Position numbers and translations under genes: made by a program. 64,000 nt of DNA, taken from the NCBI GenBank assembly GCA_040954595.2, contig CM082584.2, positions 4,654,110-4,718,109 on the forward strand, written 5' to 3'. Of the stretch, positions 40,711 through 52,565 are shown piece by piece (within the stretch, counting starts at the first letter, position 1; each line of letters begins with the position of its first letter). The notes under the pieces were generated by a model. That model was not told the origin of the DNA and did not search any database. It saw only the letters and a program-made list of their open reading frames with translations. This DNA comes from Balanoglossus misakiensis (taxonomy: Eukaryota; Animalia; Hemichordata).

Positions 40711-41087
40711 ATCCTGTTAAGAGAGCATATTAAGAATAACGTCCCTCTGTAATTTGATTTGTGTTTTAAGGTATTTACTTTATTCAGTCAATTATTTATT
40801 TTTCTCCTTCTTGATTCTACTTTCTTGTATTGTATGTAGATCTAATTCACTCTCAAATGTTTATAATGTGTTGTCATCCAGTAGAATGTTAAAAACGGTG
40901 ACGTGATCATTTCCTAAAAATGCCCTTGGTTCATACAGGCAGGTTGGAAATGTTCAAGTAAAAACTAAAACAGTTTTATCAGGAACGTCATATTTCTTCT
41001 TGTGGTAAGACTTTATCTCAAGTTTAGTCAATGAATAGTTGTGTCCTTTACTGCATAATGTAAAAGTTTTGAGCATGCTTTCAGGAA

Positions 41088-41375
41088 TGTTCAACTTTTG
41101 ACATAAAACTGGCCACACGCCTGTGGACTGCTGCCGTAAGTATTGTCGTGGCAGAATTTCATTGAATATTGGCACCGTGGAGGTCCACGAGTGGTACGTT
41201 TCATCCTTCAAAATGCAATTGTACTTTTCCTCATAGAAGTGATCATTTTTTCTGTAGCTATCAATTTCATTTGTCCTCAAGTAAATTGTATTTGTCATTT
41301 AGTTGATTAAAATGTTGACATTCATTCATGTATATGCGTGAATGTGTCTTATTTTTCTCTATACAATGTCGGTAA
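41088..41375 (+). repeat. 288-bp direct repeat, copy 2
   Basis: Matches 32516-32803. Confidence 0.95.
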
Positions 41376-42064
41376 TGTTGTCTGCTTTATAGAACACATG
41401 CATTCTATTTGCTTAGTTTGAACACTTAGGCTATGTTCAAAAAGTGTTACATTGGATTGACGCGTAATTAGTGTGAAGACACTATGTGTTCAATATCTGA
41501 ACACATGCGTTCTAGTTTTCGTACTGAACACTTGTACGTTCAAAAAGTGTTACCAATTATGTGTTCTAATATGTGTTCAATCGCTGAACGCTTCACTTTA
41601 GAGTGAACTGTGATTTGAATGCATAGACAAAGACGAAATTACCAAGAGTGGGACACAACGCATCTTTCTATTGTGGCAATGTGGGTTTTTGCTGATTGTA
41701 ATTACTGCATTGGTTTTATTTTAGTAACCTTGACATGCTGGCATGTTATACTCATAGAGTTATCAGTCGATCGTTTAATGAATAACAGACGTTAACCATA
41801 TAGTTAAAACTATAAATATTTAACTTGGTCCCCATTGTACAACTTTCATGTGACTGAAACGGCGCGAAAAAAAGCTTGGTATTATATGTCCCGATTAGTG
41901 CATTCAAATAAATACTCTGGATATGGCGTCCAAAACGTTTAAACTTAGAATATATATAATAATAATCCGTTGCCTATGATGACAAACAACAAGAGCAATC
42001 GTGTTAAGAAAGCCTAAGTACGATAGATTATTCACATTTTGTGTTCAAGTCGAACCCGTTGTTA

Positions 42065-42510
42065 GGCTGCAAACACCTCAGGGGGGGGGGGGGGAGAATT
42101 CAAATTTTCTTACCGTTAATTTTGACATGCCCCCATACACAACCCGAAATATTTTCAAATCCCCCATCCAAACTGCTAAAATTTTGAAATCCCCCCCATT
42201 TTCTTTCACACAGCAAAACACATCACCTATCTATCTTGTAAAAAAAGAAAAACAGCGCTCCCATGAAAAGAATTTGAAACTGATGTTTCCCCTCATCAGT
42301 GGGTATTAAAACTGAGAAAAAATTGTATTAGGAAGGGTTCAAAACTGCATTTTTGTGGACTCAAAATAAATATTTAGTCCTCAAAGTTTTCAAGTCCCCC
42401 CTTTCAGTCCCTAAATAATTTCAAATCCCCCCTTACATTCCCTCAATTTTTTTCAAATCCCCCCTCAATTCTCCCGCCCTCCCCCTCCAGAGGTGTTTGT
42501 GAATGCAGCT
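42065..42510. mobile_element. Degenerate Harbinger-like MITE
   Basis: TTA|GGCTGC-AAACACCTC-G-run at the left end versus C-run-GAGGTGTTTGTGAATGCAGCT|TTA at the right; internal repeated TTTCAAATCCCCC motifs. Confidence 0.6.
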
Positions 42511-43054
42511 TTATTGCCGACAAAACGTGTTGACCACTTTAAGACCATGGATGTGTTCGCAGAAAATGTATGAAAAGTTAACGTTATTAAAAAGGGTTTT
42601 GGATGCAAAAGGACAAGCAAGATAGGGAAGTTATTTCTGATCAGTTTAGGTGATCTGAATGTATACGTGTGCAGGCCTACCTTATATCTCGTACTGGTCG
42701 GTTTGATCCCCCTTTCCACTCAGTTATCCTGGTAACACACACACTGTCATCAAATAAAGGATGTTAGCTTACACACAGTAATGGCAAGACATGCCAGCGC
42801 TATCCAACATGTGGTATAATCCAACAGGGTATGGAAAACAGTAATTTCCATCCGCGTGAAAAAAATAAACGGCATTTGAAAAATAAACTGACTAGACGGG
42901 GTACGCTACTTGACCCCTAACCCCTATTTCAGTCGACCAATGTGCAAGTAACGCCATACGTGAAGCTATTTGACTTGTTTGGAGTTTTTGAGTTTCTGAC
43001 ATGTATCGTCTTTTTAAAATGTCTAAAAATCCCTCCAAACTTTAATGGTAGATG

Positions 43055-43265
<211 letters not shown>

Positions 43266-46200
43266 TTTACTTTTTATATTTTCAAACGCAGTATCTGAAC
43301 AATATTTAAGAAACAAATGACGTCACATACTGACTTGTGTAATTTTTCGGTGCCCTCTTCGGCTGCAGTAACATGTTTAAATCAACTATGTTATGATTCA
43401 GGTTTTGGTGCAATGTCATCGTTACATTGTGTTTTATCATCAGACCAGCTTGCAACTCATGCGAAGCAATTCCAGCAATTTACAGCTTATTGAATTCAGT
43501 ACCGGTGAAACAGTGAATCTCCAAATAAATAAGTATAGATAGGCAGCATCACAACAACGTAGTAAGTTATTAAATAGGTGGTGAGGTTTACCCAAATTAC
43601 TCCTCACCCCAGAATTAACAGTTCAGGCTCCTTTTAGATGACACATACACAAAAATTTAAAGGATGCAAAGCTATGTATTTACCATCCAAATTCAAAACT
43701 TCCATTTAACCTCATTTCTAACGTTTATAGTGATGGTTTATACCACCATGTGTCAGCTCAGCATGAATTCAATTGAGTTTCTGAGTGTTCTCATGACACT
43801 GTGTTGTAATGTCGAATACAAACCTATGTAGAGACAACTAAATGGTGGTATAGTGCAGCCGCTAGTTGAATCGTCGAAAAGTAGGACAGCGCGCATTTGA
43901 ATCATCGCAGTTCAAACGTAGCAAAATGGGGAGATGGTGCTGATCTGATATGTTTATTTCGGTTTTAATGGCAATGAACTCTTAGATACGACAAGTAATA
44001 TCCTATTTGTTAATATGGTCCGGTGACACATAATAGGAGGTAGTAATACAATGCACAATATTGGTCCTATTGATCGAGCTGATATATGCGTTGATCTGTG
44101 TTGTATATGACACTGTTACATGTATGTCTATACACGCATAAAATCACATCCATCGCACAAAACTGTATCAGTGCACCAATGTACATCTGTTGCTCAAAAT
44201 AACAGTCATCTGTGGACTTAGAGTTAATATAGGGCTGACTCATTCGCCCCACTCTTCGATTGTACTGTGTATTGAACGGCTGCAGAGGCGGGGGTTGAGG
44301 TCATAATTACAGAAACAGTCAGCTCACACGTGCACATCATGTAGGTGGTTGTGGTCGTTGTGATAATGCTTTAATCTTGCTCAGGTGGTTGCGAGCCAGC
44401 CTGCACATTTGCTGGTTAGTAACATCTTCAACCAAATTTGGCAAAGGATGGGTTAAATTCAAAAATCTTCTTTTTACGTTAAAAAAAAACCTACTCGGAT
44501 TAGAGGACAAACATTGAATATACATGTCCAATCTAGAGTTTACCTACATCTGAATAAATAATAATAATCAAAATTGGTTAATTCCTGACCACGCTGCCAG
44601 GGCACATCGACGCCAGTTAATGCCATCAGGCTCATATCTGTATCAATAGTCACGACAAAAATAGCCTATATCCAGGATATGGGTATACACGCTGTCACAC
44701 GCTTCAAAACTCTCTATATAAAACTTGTTTATTTATAGTCGACCATTATATATTGGAACTAATGCTGTAGGCTATTTATAACAGCCTGATGGTCAGCCGA
44801 AAGTTACAGTTCATAACGGTAATTTTAAACGGCAAAGACGCTGTCCGGTTTTCTCAATTATCACAAGAAAATTGATTTGTTCGTCTTACACTGGAATGTT
44901 AAGTTACCAGTTACCCCCAAAGAATACGATATTTCTTGTGAAATTGACTCCTCGGTTTTACCTATGTATTCATGACTGTTCTGAGAAGAACACACGCAGT
45001 GACGTCAACAGTGGAAGACATCTCAACAAATACGAGAAAATGAACAACCATTACTAGACAATACCCAAAATAACAGTCATAACAATACGCCGTATCTGTC
45101 CACTTAATAGCTCTGTGTGAAACGTAGTGTTTAACCGTTTCATACCACTATCTTTTCCATTAAAAGCGATTGACATTTTATGGTAAATTTAGGTCGTAAA
45201 TAATACATCATTTGACACTATTCTACGCGGTCCAGTTCAACTCTAAATGATTTAATTCCGCTCTAATATAAAAATAGTTATCAATTTAACAATCTAATTC
45301 TACACAGTCACGATTCAATCCAACTCGAATTTCATATAATTCTGCTAAAAAAACTAATCTAATTTTACTATACGTTTAATTCTGCACATTTCCAAGTAAC
45401 TGTATGTGAGTACCAGCTGTAAACAGGCTCGATGACACCATATAAATCTCAAATGTCGTAATCATTTTCAGAACTTATTATAATATTTTGAAAATAGCGC
45501 TAAATGTCGCTGCAGCGCGCTGGCGAATATTTTTTGTACAGATTAAAGTAATTGCAGTGACGTATTTTAAGTCACGCGAGGCATTATCGCATTGTGTCAG
45601 TGTGAGACATATTAATGTCACACTGGGATTAGTTTAATTTCAAAGTAATTCTTTATAACAACAAAAGACGATCCATGCAGTGAAATTGTTCTCTCTGTTT
45701 GCAATATATTTCCATCATAAAATGCATTGCCAATACCAATATCAGCTAATAAAAGTTCCTAGTAGACACATATTTTTAGGGGGTTCTTGTATTTAGTTTT
45801 ATAGATATTGATCTCATAGAGATGGCATTGGCTATGAGACATTTAACTGCTAATTTGTACAGATATTGCTTTAATTCTGGAGTTATTGAACACAGTTTGT
45901 GAAACTTGCTGGAGATACTGATTTCATAAAGATATCACAATAAAGGAGATTGGTTGTATTGGAAGATAGTGGTTAGTTTCATGACAATGTATTGCTATTA
46001 TTTGCAGATCTTTAGCTATCATCAACCCACGTACACACCGTGAGCAAACTGGTTGTTTGATTGTAGTGCTTCCCAGTGCGCACATGTTGGTTAGGAGTGA
46101 CATGACCTTTGCACTAACAGTGTTTCAGTTGTGTTCAGCTGCGACAAATACGAAACCTAATGATTCCAAACCACAAAAGCTCAATCACTCATCACAATGA

Positions 46201-46611
46201 CACTGTACCATCCTCGATAATCCAGGAATACATCCTCAGAAAAATTTCAACTTTTTTTTCTATTAATCGGTATTTATTTTGTTTAAGTTTTCCACGCGCA
46301 TTTTGGGACAGACAGGGTCAAGGCAATGTATTGGTACCGGCGACTATGTGGTTCAAGGTTCCAGGCCAGCCTTTTAAAAGCGGTTATCGCCTATTGAATG
46401 CCAGACTAGCGTGAATTACTTAACCAGATTGCAGAACAACTCAAATCGACTTAGTACCGCCTGTACACACCACAACTCCCTAAAACGATTGGTCATCCAT
46501 AAAATTCGTACACCACTGTGTCTGCTGGCATAACGTCTATGCGCTAACGATAAACTTATGAAAACATCGTAGTATTCTGAAATATCCAATGAAATCATGT
46601 TCGAATACTTA

Positions 46612-48486
46612 GGCCAAAGTAAGTAAATTCTTTGTTTTGCGTCCCCGCGCGCGTAGGTTTTCGGGCTTTTTTGAGAAAAATAACACAAAACTCATTTGCA
46701 TAAATTTCCAATCCACGGCGGTATTTTGTCGAAAAAAATGACATTTCAACAAATGCCACTTTACGGCAGTCCTATTCTAATCATGGTGTGACGTAAAACG
46801 GTACGCCCTACAGCAACTGCGCATGCTCGTAGTTGAAGTCTGTCAACACACGCTGCTGGCTGCACGCGTCATGTCGCCGCGCATCTCCTCTGTCTGCTGG
46901 GAAAGCCAGGGATCCCCGTGATTTAACATGAATGAAGCCAACGAATAAGTCGTCCTTAAGGTTACGGAAAAAGATAAAACTATCCTTGACTAGTTCAGGA
47001 TGGAAGTGACCGACGCGCAAAACTTTGCACGGCTACTGGAAGCCATGGTGAATGTACCATAAAGCCGGCCAGACAGTGTTTCAGTCGCCGATCGTCACCA
47101 CCTCGTCTACCAAAGGATGTTTTTCACCTTTTGTGCGACCCATACCCAGGTAACTAATTTATCTTAGTAGAGAAAACTTTTATATTCAAGCCAGAACACA
47201 ATAATCTTTGTTGCTGTTTGATCACAGGGGGCTCTTCCTCCGCGATTTTGTTTGTTGTTATTGATTGGCATAATAAATAAATATGGTCACGTTTGTTGAC
47301 ATGCAAGGTATACTAGTATTCAACGGTCAGGGTTAGGGTGTACGTGTATTCAATGGTTAGAGTAAGTGTTGGCATTTTTTCGATCCATGGCACTCCCACC
47401 TGACCGTTGAATACACCGTGACCCTAACCCTGACCGTTGAATATTATACCTAACATGTCAACAGACAAACGTGACCATATTTATTTATTATGCCAATCAA
47501 TAACAACAACAAACAAACAAACAAAATCGCGGAGGGAGAGCCCCCTGTGGTTTGATTTCTGTCTTTTAAATCCAGTCACATGTTTTTTTGATTTTGTTAG
47601 ATGTTTTCCTGGACAGTTTTTAAATATATTCATAAAGTGTGAAACAGTTATATTTGTCACATTTTATTTTCAAATATTTGATATTTAAAATTCATTTCAT
47701 TTTTGATTTTTAGATCTAGGTCCAACAGATGGTGAGCATTACAAATCGTTCTGTCAGTGAAATGGTACTAGAGAAAGGGAGCATTTAAAGGGGGGGGGGG
47801 GGTAAGCAAAAGAAAATTCTATGGTGGTAGATCAGTAAAAATAGGTGGTGGGACTGTGAAGTTCAGTGAATGTAGAACATTTGTGTTTATTGCAATACAG
47901 TCATATTTTAAGATTGAAAATTATCATCTCATGGGTTGGCATATGCATCATACTTCGTAGTGAGATGTTATCACTATACTCAAGCATGTTTTCGTATTTT
48001 GTTTACAGAATTTTCAAAAACATTTCTTCGCAGAAATGTTTCATCGTGATCAACCAAACTTGGCAGATGGAAGTTTCTCCACATTACTACAGTGCCAGAT
48101 TGAATAGTCCTGATGTTTGATATGTTTGTGGGTCAGGAATCATCTCATCCCTATTACACCGGATATGAGGGAACAGTACCAGTCTATCCAGCCAGTCTGC
48201 AGAACTTGTAGAGACAGTGGCCACATTCAGCACACAAATAAGAAATCTAAAACTCGTAAAAGAAAAGCAAATTACAGATTAAAGGCTACAAATGACATTG
48301 TATTTTGATCATATTGTAGTAGTGTGTCACACTACTACATAAATGTGCATATTGCACGAGAAAAACTCTGAAATAAAGGCAAACTAATTTTGTGTTATTT
48401 TTTGTGTGTGTGTTTTTTGACCGCTTACCCTCGTACCTTTTAGAATTTTGAGTGGACGCAAAACAAAGAATTTACTTACTTTGGCC
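46612..48486. mobile_element. PIF/Harbinger-like non-autonomous element (1.9 kb)
   Basis: Perfect 33-bp TIR GGCCAAAGTAAGTAAATTCTTTGTTTTGCGTCC; TTA TSD at 46609-46611 and 48487-48489. Confidence 0.88.
47223..47549. mobile_element. Fold-back MITE with 7-bp TSD (P-superfamily-like) nested in the Harbinger-like element
   Basis: CACAGGGGGCTCT termini with long inverted arms; TSD GTTTGAT at 47216-47222 and 47550-47556. Confidence 0.8.
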
Positions 48487-51400
48487 TTATGTCTCCGCGG
48501 CTTTCCTTTTATTCAATTACTTCTCCAGATATGAAGTTTTTTCTTGATCACAGACATTAATAGGCGTCCATACCCCAAGATCTTTAAACTATGGCTGTTT
48601 AATGCTCTCTGAAATACTTTCTGAATACCTCAATTAATCAAGATTCCTTCTCATGTTTTCATGTAATTGCTATGAAAACAACATTAGTGTCGTGTGAACT
48701 GTGTAAGGTTTTAGCCCACGGTAGCCAGAAATACATTTAAGTCTTAATTGTCTACAGAGCCCGACAAATACCTAACTTTTTTTTCTCCTGTCGATATGAA
48801 ATTTCATTTAATAGAAACAGGATCTCCGCAAGGACATCACCGAGGGGAATAATTTTCTCCATACATCCGGTATTTACTCCTTGTCCTATAGATATACGCA
48901 CAAAAGTGAACACGGTACTAAAAAAGTGATTGCCTTGTATAAATTCCAAGGCGGGTTTATTTCATTGATGTCCGATCTCAGAGGCAAAGACTACGTCATA
49001 ACACTATAACATTATTTATCATAAATGCAGAAAATGCAAGTTTAGTGTCGTACATTTAATGGCCCAAACTTGTCAACTTTACCGTGATATTTGCGATGTT
49101 TCACTTTTCACCAGCTGTCAATTCCATTCCAAATCGTCTATATTCGAATACATGCACTCATCTGACAATTGACACGGTAGAAAATTTCAAGTCAGTCATA
49201 GAAAATATGCTTTATATGTTATGCCTGTATTAGACAGTGTGTGACTGAGGAAGTCTGTATTGACCAACGCGTGGCGGTACTCAACTTCTTGTCTCTTGAC
49301 CTGGCCAGGTAAAGCCATGCCCGTTTTCAAACGAAGATTAGCACCAAACTGATGAGTATGCAAAAATAAGAAGACTGGTATCTTTAAGACACAAACATAA
49401 AGAAATATTGATTTCGAATGTTCTGTGTCATATGAGAAGGTGATTGGGTTTTCACTTCTCTAATCCACTGACACAAATCTGCTGAATTGCTAATCCGCCT
49501 TCTGGCAGCCTAAATCACAGACCCACGAAACAGAGAATACATGGGGTTACATTCAGCCAACTCAAAGGATTTAAATTCTGTATATCATCCTGGGTGACGA
49601 TTGGCGATGCCTAATTTGCTGGGCTAAAATGTCTACATTAAGTGATTTGTGGACTTTGTACTTTTGTTACCTTGAATGACTATCATGATTGGACCAGTAT
49701 TGATGTCATAGTGATTTTGATGGCTTCTGCTTTAATATCACGCTCGTCTGATTTCACTGCGGTACTTATGGCCACATTTAAATGCAAATTCAAAAGAGAG
49801 TGGACAATGCGGCCATGTTTGTCGTCTGTCACTGCGAATCGACGGCAGAATTTCAAGGAAATATAATGAATATTTTAATCGAACCGGAAGGCATTCAGTT
49901 TTCCTTCCGTGATGCATTCCGAAGTTTTCTTTATGAAGACATTGGGGAGATGGAAAACACGCAGGGATGTAGGCAGTTCAAGAAATCCCACAAATTATCG
50001 TGCACATGACTACAGATTAGAATTCCCGCGCATCAGCTACGTCTATCCAGATAAGAATGCCGTCTTCATGTTGAAGTACTGCAAGGTTCAGTGTTTGGTT
50101 CATTTCTTTCCATAATTTGCCACTCTACACTTTGAAAATTCTTCAACGTAGTCTACAATTTCACTCCAAATGTTTGAACATAATTCACAATTCAATCAGT
50201 ATGCAGACGACAACCAACCCTTTCTTTCCCCATGCCGATTCGTCAAGCAGCTGTCGGTTCAATTGAAGCTTATATATCTCCATTAAACAATGGGTGGCTG
50301 TAGACTAGTTACATCCCAGCGGCAATAAAGCAGAAGTCCTTCTTATTCACAAATGTCTAATAAATAACCCGACCCCCACGAGTGTATTTTCCTCGGCTCG
50401 AGAAGTGTCGTGTCTGTGGAATTTACTCGTAACATTGGATTTGTCTTGTACATGTTTCACCAGCACATTAAAAATCACTTGCCAATCTATAGTCATCCAC
50501 GTCGCATTGGATACATCAGGAAGAACCTCAATATAACATTGCTATAGTAAGTAATGATGGCCGTGGCGGATATCCGCTACAATCATGGCCATCAAGACTG
50601 AAGGTCAAGGTGAAGTTCAATCGAATAATATCGATTGTTGCTTACTACTGGCACCTATCATAAATAAAGCAAGTTGAACTATCATTTATATTAATGCCAA
50701 TCATAGACTCCCTAGTACCAATGTCATTTTAAAGTCTTCGAATAAAAGCCGCCATGATTGTCACACGTTCCAAAACCTCACACCGTTTATCTCCAGTCTT
50801 TCAAAATCAACAATTTTAACATAGCATTGAGCGCAATTTTCCATTAACCTACAAAGCTGTGGGCGGCTAAACCCCAACAATCAGAGTCTGGTTAATATGT
50901 ATAACCCAACTCATGGCCATGCTGAGTCGTGATTTGCTGAAATCAATCACGTGATAGGAAAATAGAAAGACTATTCTCCTAGGGATATAGTCACATCGAC
51001 TATTACCCGGTCACGTGACTGCTTTGAGTTCATATCAGGACATGAGCATGGTTTGTGTTATAAAACACATATTGGCTGGCCTATTTTCAATCTATATCGC
51101 CGCGGTTCTTATCCCTTGAGACTGTGAGTTTCCAGAATTGAATGCAGGTAACTCGCAGTCCTTCGGGGGTAATATACAGGTGATATTGCCCTCATGGCCA
51201 GACAGTTTCAAGTTGTGTCCAATACTTCTCGAATCCCCCTCCCCCGATACATCGTCCACCACACGTCTCACGTGTAGATGAAAAGTACAAAGACCCGGCT
51301 ACATTATTGTGACAAAATTCTGCGATCTGAAAATCAATACCATACAACTGCCAATGTCACAGTTGGCAATGCGAGTAATATGACTGATGTCCTTTCATTC

Positions 51401-52391
51401 ATGTCACTTTTGTAACAAGAGTCTGAATCAACACCGAACTCTATCAGAGTTGTTTCTTTGTGTGTTATTTTTCTGATGGAAACTGGACCAGGTGTAGGTC
51501 TTATGTGAGCAGCTGATGATTTGCAATTTGTTCCATTTCGCAATTTCGTAGTTTGGCAACTTACATTTACGCATGCATTATCAAGCCCCCCCCCCCCCGC
51601 ACTTGAGGTTCTCCATGGTAACGACGCGCCCTCAAATTGATAGCCAGCGTAACAACATCAATTATGGAAGTTCGTCCTTCAGTAGGAATGGATATGGAGT
51701 AGGAACCTTCAGTGAATTACATGTACATTCAAGGGGAACTTTTGATGATAGATGTTAGTAAGGTTCGGCGGATGTTATAACTTAACTTGGATAATTATTT
51801 TCCAAAAACGGGCATGTTGACGAACCAAATAATCACTAATGGGTTTTTCAGCTGCACGGAAAAACAGAGTCCTCAGCAGGGACGAGTATTTTCTCTCCGA
51901 GACGTTCAGGAATCTCGGCAAAAACACACGGTAAAAATCAACACACGGGCGCTGAATTAAAAGATGGACAATCCCCTCGTCTGTAAAATTGGTTTTGTCC
52001 AATCTATAAAGATATATAATCTGTCTTTAACGTTCTATGGCATTTTCTTCCACTGTCCTCACCTCCATACCGTGCGGTGGTCAGCCAATACGAACATCAA
52101 GGACAAAGCAATGAGGAAGCGAACGATCTAATCCGTACGTCTGATTCAAATCAGAGAATCAAATTCAAAACGCCGCCATTTTGTACAGGGACACGTTCTC
52201 CTGCATTTGTGTTAATGGTTTCATCCTTGAATTCCACTGATAGTATATACACATCAATTGCTGCCTCCGGGCTCACAAGGACTGTCCGCTGAGTTCACAA
52301 ACCCGTTATAATTAGTCAGGATCATAACTTTAGGCCTATAACTGTCCTAAACCGGGTACGGGTGTTCGCACTGCAAAGAAGTGTCATTTAA

Positions 52392-52565
52392 AGGTATACG
52401 GTCACCTATACAAATTTAGCCACAGTTACCATGGTAAATCGAGATCTAACCAATCACAGATTTTCAGTGGGTGGCACACGCGAAAATAAAGCGTTCTTTA
52501 GAACACTCAAATACGCCATTTCAACTATATATGGCGATATGTAAATTGGAGGTGACCGTATACCT
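52392..52565. mobile_element. Short Kolobok-like MITE
   Basis: TIR AGGTATACGGTCACCT / AGGTGACCGTATACCT; TTAA on both sides. Confidence 0.85.

Larger units (their letters stand above)
31880..41605. mobile_element. Putative non-autonomous CACTA/EnSpm-like element carrying gene cargo
   Basis: TIR CACTCTAAAGT (31880-31890) and ACTTTAGAGTG (41595-41605). Dense subterminal TGTGTTCA/TGAACAC-type motifs in both orientations at 31926-31997 and 41392-41591, with TTGACGCGT shared by both ends. Flanks are AT and AA, so the 2-bp TSD is imperfect. No transposase seen. Confidence 0.65.
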
